Shown here: positions 49,403 through 58,093 of the stretch, piece after piece
Layout: each line of letters starts with the position of its first letter
Numbering within the stretch: position 1 is the first letter of the stretch
Assembly (NCBI GenBank): GCA_963713825.1
Contig: CAVQNG010000005.1
Coordinates: 448,001 to 512,000 of the forward strand
DNA: 64,000 nucleotides
Origin: an uncultured Acidobacteriota bacterium
GTDB taxonomy: Bacteria > Acidobacteriota > Thermoanaerobaculia > Multivoradales > JAHEKO01
Direction of reading: 5' to 3'
Made by a program: the position numbers and the translations under genes
The notes under the pieces: model-generated
What the model was told of the DNA's origin: nothing
The model's input: only the letters and a program-made list of their open reading frames with translations
Database searches by the model: none

Positions 49403-50986
49403 ATGGCGCTGCCTCAGATTGTGGTTACCGGCTCTTCCGGATTTCTCGGCCGGCACTTGCTGGACGAGTTGAAGGAGGAGTATCGGATCTTCGGGATCGC
49501 CCGCCGCTCGCCAGCCAAGGTGGGCGCACCCATCCACCGCAACATCACCTGGTATCAAGCCGACATCGGTGACCAGCTGGAGCTGGCCACGGCCTTCCGC
49601 AAGATCCGCGAAGAGGGTGGCGCTGAGATGGTGATCCATCTGGCAGCGCACTACGACTTCATTCGCGACAAGCATCCCAACTACTGGCGAACCAACGTCG
49701 AAGGGCTGCGCAACGTCCTCGAGGAGTGCCTCGATCTCCGCTTGCGGCGCTTCGTCTTCGCGAGCTCGGCAGCCGCCTGTGGTTTCCCGCCATCCTACGA
49801 ACCGGCGCGGGTGCTGACCGAAGACACACCGGCCGACGGCAGGCACATCTATGCCATAACCAAACGACTGGGCGAAGAGATGGTGGAGGAGTACAGCGAC
49901 GACATCCCCACCGCCACGATTCGGTTTGCAGCGCTGTTCTCCGACTGGTGTGAGTACCCGCCTCTGTTCATCTTCTTGCAGACCTGGCTCTCGAAGAGTT
50001 GGCGCCGCCGGATGTTGGGCGGCAAGGGAGAGTTCGCGATCCCGTACCTCCACGTCCGTGAAGCCGTGCGGGTGGTGAGGAGAGTCATGCGGCAGGCCGA
50101 CGACTTATCGAGCGGCGACGTATTCCTGGCCTGCCCGGATGGGGGAGTGACTGCACGGTACCTCTTCGAGGAAGCGACGATGCTCTACTTCGGTTCGGGT
50201 GAAGAGCCGATCTGGGTGCCGCGGTGGTTTTGTCGCCTGGGGATGAAGACGCGGGAGAGGATCCTGACCCTGCTGGGACACACTCCCTTCGAGCGCGCCT
50301 GGATGGCGGACTACATCGATCGGCAGCTGTTGGTCGATGCCCGCCAGACCCGCCAGATCCTGGACTGGGAGCCTCGTCCCCGCTTGAACATCTCGCGGCG
50401 ACTTCCCTTCATGATCGAGAACTTCAAGACCGATCCTGTGGAGTGGTACCAGAAGAATCACGCAGCAATGCGCATAGAGCCGCCGCTGGACAATTTGCGC
50501 GTCCATCGGATGTTGGAGAAATACGAATCGAGAATCCTCGAAGGCATGTCCACACTGATGACGAATCGCGACGGCAGAGAGCGGTTCCCCTCCTACCAGA
50601 CGCTCTCTGCCGATGAGCAACTGTGGAATCACCGTGTCGCTTTGCGTCACGTCATGGATTCGGTCCGCACGAGGGACAAGTCGATCTACGCCTCCTTCTG
50701 TCGAGACTTGGCCGAGCTTCGGTCTGGGCAGGGTTTCGAGGCCGAGGAGGTCTGCGAGGCCCTTCGCACTCTGCGGGATGTCTGCATGCGGGTCCTGTTT
50801 CAGGACCCCGAAGCCGAGGGCCTGGCTCAAGAGATCGAAGACCACATCACCATGACCATGCTGTTCGGCTGCGATCAGATCGAGGACACCTTCGAGCAAC
50901 TGGTGGATGTCGACATTTCATGGGAAGAGAAACGGGATAAAGTAGCCTCCGAGATGGAGGAGCCCGCCGTTGCCAACGAACCCTGA
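49403..50986 (+). CDS. Extended SDR (NAD-dependent epimerase/dehydratase) with C-terminal helical domain
   Basis: TGSSGFLG, HLAAHYDF, YAITK, FSDWCEYPPL; C-terminal R..QGF..EEV helical region. Confidence 0.85.
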   Translation: MALPQIVVTGSSGFLGRHLLDELKEEYRIFGIARRSPAKVGAPIHRNITWYQADIGDQLELATAFRKIREEGGAEMVIHLAAHYDFIRDKHPNYWRTNVEGLRNVLEECLDLRLRRFVFASSAAACGFPPSYEPARVLTEDTPADGRHIYAITKRLGEEMVEEYSDDIPTATIRFAALFSDWCEYPPLFIFLQTWLSKSWRRRMLGGKGEFAIPYLHVREAVRVVRRVMRQADDLSSGDVFLACPDGGVTARYLFEEATMLYFGSGEEPIWVPRWFCRLGMKTRERILTLLGHTPFERAWMADYIDRQLLVDARQTRQILDWEPRPRLNISRRLPFMIENFKTDPVEWYQKNHAAMRIEPPLDNLRVHRMLEKYESRILEGMSTLMTNRDGRERFPSYQTLSADEQLWNHRVALRHVMDSVRTRDKSIYASFCRDLAELRSGQGFEAEEVCEALRTLRDVCMRVLFQDPEAEGLAQEIEDHITMTMLFGCDQIEDTFEQLVDVDISWEEKRDKVASEMEEPAVANEP

Positions 50987-51380
50987 CACACCCCTGACAT
51001 CCGATTCCTTCTGGCCACGTGCCGAGAAGTGGCTAGTCGTCCTGATCGCCATCCACAGTTTCGTCGTCGCCCTCTTCTTGATGTTCCTGACCCGTTGGGG
51101 TGCCGCTTTCGGTGGTTGGGGAGATGTTTCACCCCTGTTCTTCGCACGTCAGGCCGGGGTCTTTCACATTGTCGTGGGGATCGGGTACCTGCTCGAGTAC
51201 TTCAGGGACCGGGGTGTCACATTCTTGCTGACCACCAAGGTTCTGGCGGTGTTGTTCCTGGCGTCGATGATGGTGGTGGCCGAGCCCGCTCCCTGGGCCG
51301 TTCCGCTGTCGGGCGTCGCGGACGCCTTCATGGCGCTGGTGGTTTACCTCGTACACCGCAAGGCAAAACAAGTCAGTTGA
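50970..51380 (+). CDS. Small four-helix membrane protein
   Basis: Four hydrophobic segments, FFARQAGVFH; overlaps the SDR stop. Confidence 0.7.
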   Translation: MPTNPDTPLTSDSFWPRAEKWLVVLIAIHSFVVALFLMFLTRWGAAFGGWGDVSPLFFARQAGVFHIVVGIGYLLEYFRDRGVTFLLTTKVLAVLFLASMMVVAEPAPWAVPLSGVADAFMALVVYLVHRKAKQVS

Positions 51381-51454
51381 TCCCGTACGGGTTCAACCTC
51401 CGGCTTGGGGGTTGAGGCGGCCGGACTTCGTCCCGGCTCGATCTTTTGGGGCGT

Positions 51455-51615
51455 GGGGCGATGGGTGGGCCGCCTGGGGGACAGCGTCGGCTACTCAGAC
51501 TGCAACGGGTGGCCGCCACCTTGTCACGTCATCGCGCCGGATCTCTCATGCTCTGCGATGGCCCGTGCGCTGCGCTCGACGTGGCACCCCCTGACGAACC
51601 ACCCGAACGAACCTC
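51455..51615 (-). repeat. Fold-back repeat family A, copy 5 (one end degenerate)
   Basis: Reverse-complement match, most similar to copy 4. Confidence 0.85.
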
Positions 51616-51681
51616 TGGCACCTTTGAGGTCAGTAGGGCGCTGAGGCAGTGGGGCAGTGAGGGCTTGAGAGCACACCGGTT

Positions 51682-51762
51682 CAGGGTCCGGCGTGGGGAC
51701 CTCCATGGGGGTTCTTGCAGCGGAAGGGAGGATAGCCCCCTGGGGGCCCCACGTCGGACCCC
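51682..51762 (-). repeat. 81-bp fold-back repeat family B, copy 2
   Basis: Reverse complement of 48940-49020. Confidence 0.85.
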
Positions 51763-51826
51763 CGCACGATCAGTCCCGCAGCCCAGGACCCAAGTCCCAA
51801 GACCCAGGATAGATCGGCGACTGGGG

Positions 51827-53443
51827 TCAATCGCTGGCGTCGAGCTTTTCGCGCAGCTCGAACTCGGCGGAGGAGGGCTTGGTGTCACGGTGGTGGGTGC
51901 GCCACAGCTGGTCCTGGTACCGGAAGGTGGGCGCCGCCACTTCGCCTTCCTGCATGTACTCGAAGATCTCCTGCACCTGGTCGATGCTGAAAGTGATCGT
52001 CGTCGTGATGTAGTCGTGCAGGTCCTTGTCCGTCACTCCCGAGTCGGGGAGGTTGCCCAGCACTTCCAGGCAGACATGGTTCAGCGCCGCCAGGGCCGAG
52101 GCCACCTCCTCACACGCGAACCCCTGCTGACATCGCAGCTCGGCGACGTCGCGGCAGTAGGCCATGAGGATGCCCTTCTCGCGCGTCCGAATCGAAGTCA
52201 TGAGCGTGTGGATGATCACCTTGATATGCCAGTCGAGATCGTCGGCGGGAAGAGCCTGATAGCTGGAGAGGGGGTCCTCGCCGCGCTCGCCGACAAGGAT
52301 CTCCGCGAACTGCCGGGCGATCTCCTCTTCGTGGGCTTCCAGCAGGCGGTAGATCCGCAGGTTGGGCCGCATCTTGACCGCCATCGCCTCCTGGTTGCGC
52401 CGCGACCACTCCACGGGATCGGTCTGCATGTTCTCGATCAGGAACGGGAAGCGTCGCAGGATGTCGAGGCGCGGGTGCGGCTCCCAGTCCAGGATCTCAT
52501 GGGTGTAGGTGGCTTCTGCCGTCAGCTGCAGATCGATGAACTTTGCCATCCAGGGCCGCTCGAAGGGCCGGTTGCCCAGTAGCCGACCCATCGCATCCCG
52601 CATCACCATGCCGGGGCCGGCGAGAAACTTGGGCATGTGGATGGGTTTGGGTGCCTGACCGTAGTAGTAGGAGGTGGCCGCTTCGAACAGCTCCTGATGA
52701 GTGACGGCGCCATTGGTGCTGGCGTTCAAGACAGCGACCTGCTCCAGATCGTCGGCCTTCTCGACAACTTTGCGCAGGAAGTTCGCACCGTCGCGCACAT
52801 GCAGGTAGGGGACGGCTGACTCTCCCTTGCCACCGAGGATCTTCGAGTTCCACTGGTTCGACAACCAGGTCTCGAGGAAGACGAAGAGAGGCGGGTACTC
52901 ACACCAGTCCGAGAACATGGCGGCGAATCGGACGATGGCCGAGGGCACCTCGTCGGCGTACTCGCGTAGCATCTCCTCACCCTTGCGCTTGCTGACCGCA
53001 TAGGGATGCTGACCGTCGGGCGGACTTTGCTCTGTAAGTGCCTGTCCAGGGGGAGGGAACTCGCAGGCGGCCAGGGAGCTGGCGAAAATGAACCGCTTCG
53101 GCTTCATCACCCGGCACTGCTCGAGGAGGTTGCGCAGGCCGTCGAGGTTGGTTCGCTGGTACTCCGGATGATCCTCGCCGCTGAAGTCGTAGTAGGCGGC
53201 CAGGTGAATCACGGAGTGGATCTCGTCGCCGTTCTTGACCTCGTTGCAGACCGCCTGGAGGGCGTTCTCGTTGCAGATGTCGAACTGATGCCAGCTGATG
53301 TTGGGGTGCTTGGGCACGCCGCTCTCGGACTGCGAGCGCAGGTCGATGGCGATCAGCTTGTACTGCGATTTGAGGAGATCGAGAACCCGTCGCCCGAGAA
53401 AGCCCGAGGCCCCCGTGATCGCGACCCGTGGTAGTGATTCCAT
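51827..53443 (-). CDS. Extended SDR with C-terminal helical domain, paralog of 49403-50986
   Basis: TGASGFLG, HLAAYYDF, YAVSK, FSDWCEYPPL, PFERPWMA, CRDVAELRCQQGF. Confidence 0.85.
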   Translation of the reverse strand: MESLPRVAITGASGFLGRRVLDLLKSQYKLIAIDLRSQSESGVPKHPNISWHQFDICNENALQAVCNEVKNGDEIHSVIHLAAYYDFSGEDHPEYQRTNLDGLRNLLEQCRVMKPKRFIFASSLAACEFPPPGQALTEQSPPDGQHPYAVSKRKGEEMLREYADEVPSAIVRFAAMFSDWCEYPPLFVFLETWLSNQWNSKILGGKGESAVPYLHVRDGANFLRKVVEKADDLEQVAVLNASTNGAVTHQELFEAATSYYYGQAPKPIHMPKFLAGPGMVMRDAMGRLLGNRPFERPWMAKFIDLQLTAEATYTHEILDWEPHPRLDILRRFPFLIENMQTDPVEWSRRNQEAMAVKMRPNLRIYRLLEAHEEEIARQFAEILVGERGEDPLSSYQALPADDLDWHIKVIIHTLMTSIRTREKGILMAYCRDVAELRCQQGFACEEVASALAALNHVCLEVLGNLPDSGVTDKDLHDYITTTITFSIDQVQEIFEYMQEGEVAAPTFRYQDQLWRTHHRDTKPSSAEFELREKLDASD

Positions 53444-53472
53444 GGCGAGGCAAATATACACGATGGCAAGAG

Positions 53473-53560
53473 AGGGCATAAGGGCTTAGGGGCGTAGGGG
53501 TAGGGCAGTGAGGCCATGGGGCATTGGGGCAGTGGGGCATTGAGGCAGTGAGGGATTGGG
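53473..53560. repeat. Degenerate 8-mer tandem tract (GGGGCAGT / GGGCATTG / GGGCTTAG)
   Basis: Visible tandem units; related tracts near 22-60, 10313-10380, 49060-49100, 51635-51668 and 56345-56510. Confidence 0.7.
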
Positions 53561-53650
53561 ACTTGAAGCGGCCAGCGCCTCTGCCGGCCGTATCGCGGCT
53601 CAGCTATGAGTTGTTGCCAACGCAGGGTTTTCCGATAGAGTTGCCCCCCG

Positions 53651-55471
53651 ATGACGAACATCCTGGGGATTTCGGCGTTCTACCATGACTCCGCGGCCTG
53701 CCTCGTGCAGGACGGAGAGCTCGTGGCCGCTGCCCAGGAGGAGCGCTTCACCCGCAAGAAGCACGACCACCGATTTCCCGATTCAGCAGTGCGGTACTGC
53801 CTGCAGGAGGCTGGCATCACGGCCGATCAACTGGATGCCGTGGCCTTCTACGACAAGCCCTGGCTGAAGTTCGAGCGGTTGCTGGAGACCTACCTCTCCT
53901 TTGCACCGGCGGGCCTGCCTTCGTTCCTGAAGGCGATGCCGCTGTGGCTGAAGCAGAAGCTCTGGATGGGCGAGCTGATCCAGAAACAGGTCGGCTTCGA
54001 GGGCGACTTGCTCTACCCCGAGCACCATCAATCCCACGCTGCCTCGGCCTTCTATCCCTCGCCGTATCAGCGGGCAGCGATCTTGACCATCGATGGTGTC
54101 GGCGAATGGGCCACCGCATCCTGGGGTGTAGGCCATGACCACAATGTAGACATCCGCTGCGAGCTGATGTTTCCTCACAGCCTCGGATTGCTCTATTCGG
54201 CCTTCACCTACTACACCGGTTTCCGAGTCAACTCGGGTGAGTACAAAGTGATGGGCCTCGCCCCGTACGGCGAGCCGAAGTACGTCGACCTGATCCTCGA
54301 CAATGTGATGGACCTGCGCGAGGACGGCTCCTTCTGGCTGGACATGGACTACTTCAACTACTGCCAGGGTCTGACGATGACCTCGGAGAAGTTCCATCGG
54401 CTTTTCGGGGGCCCGCCGCGGGCTCCGGAGTCGGAGCTGACGCAGAAGGAGATGGACCTGGCCCGCTCGGTCCAGGAGGTCACTGAAGAAGCCATGTTGC
54501 GCATGGCCCGGCATGTGAAGAAAGAGACCGGCGAGAAGTACCTCTGTCTGGCCGGCGGCTGTGCCCTCAACTGCGTGGCCAACGGCAAGATCCTGCGCTC
54601 CGGCATCTTCGAGGACATCTTTATCCAGCCGGCTGCTGGAGATGCCGGCGGAGCGCTCGGAGCGGCCCTCTTCACCTGGCACCAGGTGATGCAGAAACCT
54701 CGAACGGCAGCCGGAGATCGTGACTCCCAGAAGGGTTCCTACTTGGGGCCGGCGTTCGAGTCCAAGACGATCGAGACGTGGCTCGAACGGGAGGAGATCC
54801 CCTACGAGCGACATGAGCCCGAGGCAATCCCAGGCCTGGTCGCCGACATCATCGACGACGAGAAGGTCGTTGGCTTCTTCGCGGGCCGAATGGAATTCGG
54901 TCCCCGAGCCCTGGGTGGGCGCAGCATTATCGGCGATGCCCGCTCGACCAAGATGCAGTCGATCATGAACCTGAAGATCAAGTACCGGGAGTCCTTCCGG
55001 CCTTTCGCGCCCTCCTGTCTCGTCGAGGATGTCTCGGAGCTCTTCGAGCTCGACCGTCCCTCGCCCTACATGCTCCTCGTGGCGGACGTCCAGAAGAGTC
55101 GGCGCAAGGCGATGACCGAGGAGCAGAAGAGCTTCTTCGGCATCGAGAAGCTGAATGTGCCCCGCTCGGACATACCGGCGATCACCCATATCGACTACTC
55201 TGCCCGTGTGCAATCGGTCGATGGTGTCAACAACCGGCCCTACTACGACACGATTCGAGCTTTCAAGGAGAAGACCGGCTACGGGGTGGTCGTCAACACG
55301 TCGTTCAATGTGCGCGGGGAGCCCATCGTCTGCACGCCGCAGGATGCGTTTCTCTGCTTTATGCGCACTGAGATGGACGTGCTGGTGCTCGAGAACCTCG
55401 TCCTCTACAAGACACAGCAAAAGGAGCTCGAAGGCGACGAGGACTGGCGGGAGCAGTATGACCTGGACTGA
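53651..55471 (+). CDS. O-carbamoyltransferase (NodU/CmcH/SxtI family)
   Basis: YHDSAA..QEERFTRKKH, EHHQSHAAS, EYKVMGLAPYG, EFGPRALG, RESFRPFAP, NTSFNVRGEP. Confidence 0.95.
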   Translation: MTNILGISAFYHDSAACLVQDGELVAAAQEERFTRKKHDHRFPDSAVRYCLQEAGITADQLDAVAFYDKPWLKFERLLETYLSFAPAGLPSFLKAMPLWLKQKLWMGELIQKQVGFEGDLLYPEHHQSHAASAFYPSPYQRAAILTIDGVGEWATASWGVGHDHNVDIRCELMFPHSLGLLYSAFTYYTGFRVNSGEYKVMGLAPYGEPKYVDLILDNVMDLREDGSFWLDMDYFNYCQGLTMTSEKFHRLFGGPPRAPESELTQKEMDLARSVQEVTEEAMLRMARHVKKETGEKYLCLAGGCALNCVANGKILRSGIFEDIFIQPAAGDAGGALGAALFTWHQVMQKPRTAAGDRDSQKGSYLGPAFESKTIETWLEREEIPYERHEPEAIPGLVADIIDDEKVVGFFAGRMEFGPRALGGRSIIGDARSTKMQSIMNLKIKYRESFRPFAPSCLVEDVSELFELDRPSPYMLLVADVQKSRRKAMTEEQKSFFGIEKLNVPRSDIPAITHIDYSARVQSVDGVNNRPYYDTIRAFKEKTGYGVVVNTSFNVRGEPIVCTPQDAFLCFMRTEMDVLVLENLVLYKTQQKELEGDEDWREQYDLD

Positions 55472-55483
55472 TCGTTGGGAATG

Positions 55484-55526
55484 CGGTGACAGGCACCTCA
55501 TTTCTGAAATGAGGTGCCTGTCACCG
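55484..55526. repeat. Long palindrome CGGTGACAGGCACCTCATTTC-T-GAAATGAGGTGCCTGTCACCG (REP-doublet-like)
   Basis: 21-bp arms read directly from the sequence. Confidence 0.8.
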
Positions 55527-55543
55527 AAAAAAGGAAGAGGCTG

Positions 55544-55945
55544 ATGAGCGAGCACGCAGCCAAGACCGTCAAAGAGCTCCGGAAGTTCGGCTTCGCATTC
55601 ACGGGCGGTCTGACGCTTCTCGGTAGCCTGCTCCTCTGGCGGGGCAAGGCGCCGGGTCCCTATGTCCTGGGAGCGGCCGCTGTGGTCCTAACCCTGGCTC
55701 TGCTGGCACCTGCCGCGCTTCGACCGCTGGAAAAGACGCTCGCCACGATCTTCCGGTGGGTCACGGCTGCCCTGACTTACGTGATCCTGGTTGTGACCTA
55801 CTATCTGGTGGTGACCCCGATGGGGATCATCATGCGACTTCTGGGCAAGGATCCCCTGCATTTGAAGCGAGAGCCGAATCGACCATCCTTCTGGGTATCG
55901 GTAGAGGAGGATGGGCCGGCGTCGCGGCCGGACAAGCCGTACTAG
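55544..55945 (+). CDS. SxtJ-family membrane protein
   Basis: KELRKFG, YYLVVTPMG..GKDPL..SFW; follows the carbamoyltransferase. Confidence 0.85.
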   Translation: MSEHAAKTVKELRKFGFAFTGGLTLLGSLLLWRGKAPGPYVLGAAAVVLTLALLAPAALRPLEKTLATIFRWVTAALTYVILVVTYYLVVTPMGIIMRLLGKDPLHLKREPNRPSFWVSVEEDGPASRPDKPY

Positions 55946-56152
55946 AGGGTCGAGGCGGCCGTCATGCTTCCGGCCGATCTTTGAGGGCTTGGGGGTTGAA
56001 GAGGCCGTCGCTTGCTCCGGCCGGGTCTTTGGGGCGATGGGGCAGAGAAGTACTGAAGCGACCGGCGTCTCTGCCGGCCGGGGTGTGTGGGGGAGGGGAA
56101 GGTTCTTCTATAATCGAGATCTGATTAGTGGCTTTGAAGGGATAGGCAGCTC

Positions 56153-56311
56153 ATGGCATCGAATTCCAAGATCGGCACCATCTGGGGCTTTCTCAAGACC
56201 CGCAAGAAGTGGTGGCTGACGCCCATCATTCTCACTCTGGTCCTGCTGGCGGCCCTGATCGTGCTGACCGAGTCCTCGGCGGTCGCGCCGTTCATCTACG
56301 CGTTGTTTTAG
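56153..56311 (+). CDS. DUF5989 / SxtK-like 52-aa peptide, absent from the ORF track
   Basis: MASNSKIGTIWGFLKTRKKWWLTPII..SAVAPFIYALF. Confidence 0.88.
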   Translation: MASNSKIGTIWGFLKTRKKWWLTPIILTLVLLAALIVLTESSAVAPFIYALF

Positions 56312-56753
56312 GCGCGGGCTCGTACCTCGCCCACGCAGGGTAATGAGGGCTTGGGGTTGAGGAGTCCGGCGTTCCTTCGGGCAATCCTTGAGGCAGTGGG
56401 GCACTGAGGGCTTGGGGGTTGAGGCGCTCGGCGAGTGCGCCGAGCGGTCTTTGGGGGCTTGGGGGAAGACGGATTCAATACCCCTCGGCCCTTACGCCCC
56501 TAAGCCCATCTGAATCGGCCGCCCCTACAGAGTAGACGCGTTTGAAGCGGCCGGACCTGTGCCGGCCGGGGAGCCCCAAGCCCCAGAACCCAAGCCCCCA
56601 TTGCCTCAAAGGTCGGCCGGAGCAAGCGACGGACGATTCAACCCCCAAGCCCTCAAAGAATCGGCCTACACGAAGTGTGGCCGCCTCAACCCCCAGGCCC
56701 TCAAAGACCAGCCGAAGGTACGCCGGCTGGCTCAACCCTCTGTTCACATTCCC

Positions 56754-56815
56754 TACCCTCTAGGGTAGCTGCCAAACCCACCCGACTGTGTGCCCCTCGA
56801 CTACCCCCGGGGGTA
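56754..56815. promoter_or_regulatory. Two CsoR-type operator-like palindromes upstream of the decaheme operon
   Basis: TACCCTCTAGGGTA (56754) and perfect TACCCCCGGGGGTA (56802), the latter preceded by TCGAC. Confidence 0.6.
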
Positions 56816-56833
56816 TAAGAGGGGATCCCGAGC

Positions 56834-56851
56834 TTGTGCGAACCTTCACAA
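56834..56851. promoter_or_regulatory. Rex/CRP-like 18-bp site
   Basis: TTGTGCGAACCTTCACAA compared with the Rex consensus TTGTGAA-N4-TTCACAA. Confidence 0.5.
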
Positions 56852-57145
56852 GCGGAGGGCACAGGAGCCTTCAAGAAAGCTCATCCTGGCCCCCGCTTTC
56901 GGAACGACCCTTAGGGGGTAACGCAAGTTGTCTGGACTATCGTGGCGTTGTTGACCGACGGTTGAGGCGTGCTGGCAGCAGGCCTGCGACCATCAAGCTG
57001 TGTCGGCAGCAGCCGAAGCGGGCGGTACAAGGCGCGGATCCGACCCACACGCGAAGGCCAGCCTACTTGCATTTTCCCGAGGGGCCGCTCACGGGGGTGG
57101 GGGCCGTTTTCACCTGAATAGCGTTTCCGAGAGGGAGGTCTCGTA

Positions 57146-58081
57146 ATGAGATTTCATGGGAAGTTGCTGTTCCTGGTGGCATCAGCTGTCCTGTTGGTCG
57201 CGGCGGTAGCGACGGCGGGCGACGTACCGACGGCGGACAACGCCTACATCGGTAGCGAAGCCTGCCTGGACTGCCATGAAGTGGCTGACTTGGGGCTCAT
57301 GGAGCACGACGTGCACATGCAGATCCAATCTTTCGAAGTGCAGGGCCGCGAGGTCGGCTGCGAGGGCTGTCATGGCCCTGGCAAGCTGCATATGGAGGAG
57401 AGCGATCCGGAATTGATTCGCACCTTTGCTGATGATGCGGACTACTCCCAAGAAGTGTGCATGAACTGCCACGCCACCAAGAACCTGCCGGAATGGGATG
57501 CCTCGATCCACGCACTCGAGGCCGTCCAGTGCACTGATTGTCACGGGGTGCACAAGAGGACGTTCAAGCCCAATGAAGCGTGCACAGCCTGCCACGCGGA
57601 TGCGAGGGCCGCTTTCGAGCTGCCGTCGCACCATCCGCTACGCGAGGGCAAGATGGAATGCTCTAGCTGTCACGACCCACACTCTGCCACCGAGTTCATG
57701 CTCAAGACGCGCATGCGCAAGGCCGATCTTTGCTACACCTGTCATCAGGACAAAGAAGGCCCGTTCATCTTCGAGCATCCCCCGGTGCAAGAGGACTGCA
57801 ATCTCTGCCACACGCCGCACGGCTCCGTGGCCGACAACCTGCTCACCGCCAATGAGCCGACGTTGTGCTTGCAGTGCCATGACTTCCACTTTCACACCGG
57901 ATACCGCGCCTCCGACAGCCTCGAAGTGGACGTTGGAGGAATCGAGCGAGAGAACCCGTTCGGTCCCGAGGGCTTCCAGATTGCCTACTCGACCAATTGC
58001 ACGCAGTGCCATGCCCGGGTCCACGGATCCGACACCCCGTCGCAGACGCCGACGAACTACGGCAAGGGCCTGACCCAGTAA
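57146..58081 (+). CDS. DmsE/MtrA-family decaheme cytochrome c
   Basis: Signal peptide; 10 CxxCH motifs; PSHHPLREGKM, GPFIFEHPPV, VHGSD motifs. Confidence 0.93.
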   Translation: MRFHGKLLFLVASAVLLVAAVATAGDVPTADNAYIGSEACLDCHEVADLGLMEHDVHMQIQSFEVQGREVGCEGCHGPGKLHMEESDPELIRTFADDADYSQEVCMNCHATKNLPEWDASIHALEAVQCTDCHGVHKRTFKPNEACTACHADARAAFELPSHHPLREGKMECSSCHDPHSATEFMLKTRMRKADLCYTCHQDKEGPFIFEHPPVQEDCNLCHTPHGSVADNLLTANEPTLCLQCHDFHFHTGYRASDSLEVDVGGIERENPFGPEGFQIAYSTNCTQCHARVHGSDTPSQTPTNYGKGLTQ

Positions 58082-58093
58082 AGGAGGAGAGAG

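Noticed and set aside
70-51615. Possible CRISPR array
   Set aside because: Repeats are dispersed, long and degenerate, with no regular repeat-spacer period and no cas genes
53651-56311. Saxitoxin biosynthesis cluster
   Set aside because: Only the widespread I/J/K-like genes are present; no sxtA, sxtG or other core genes
56975-57075. c-di-GMP/cGAMP (GEMM-I) riboswitch in the decaheme leader
   Set aside because: Some pairing and a GCCAGCC..TTGC end, but the GGCAAACC/GAAA/GACGCAAAGC core is not recognisable; needs an Infernal search
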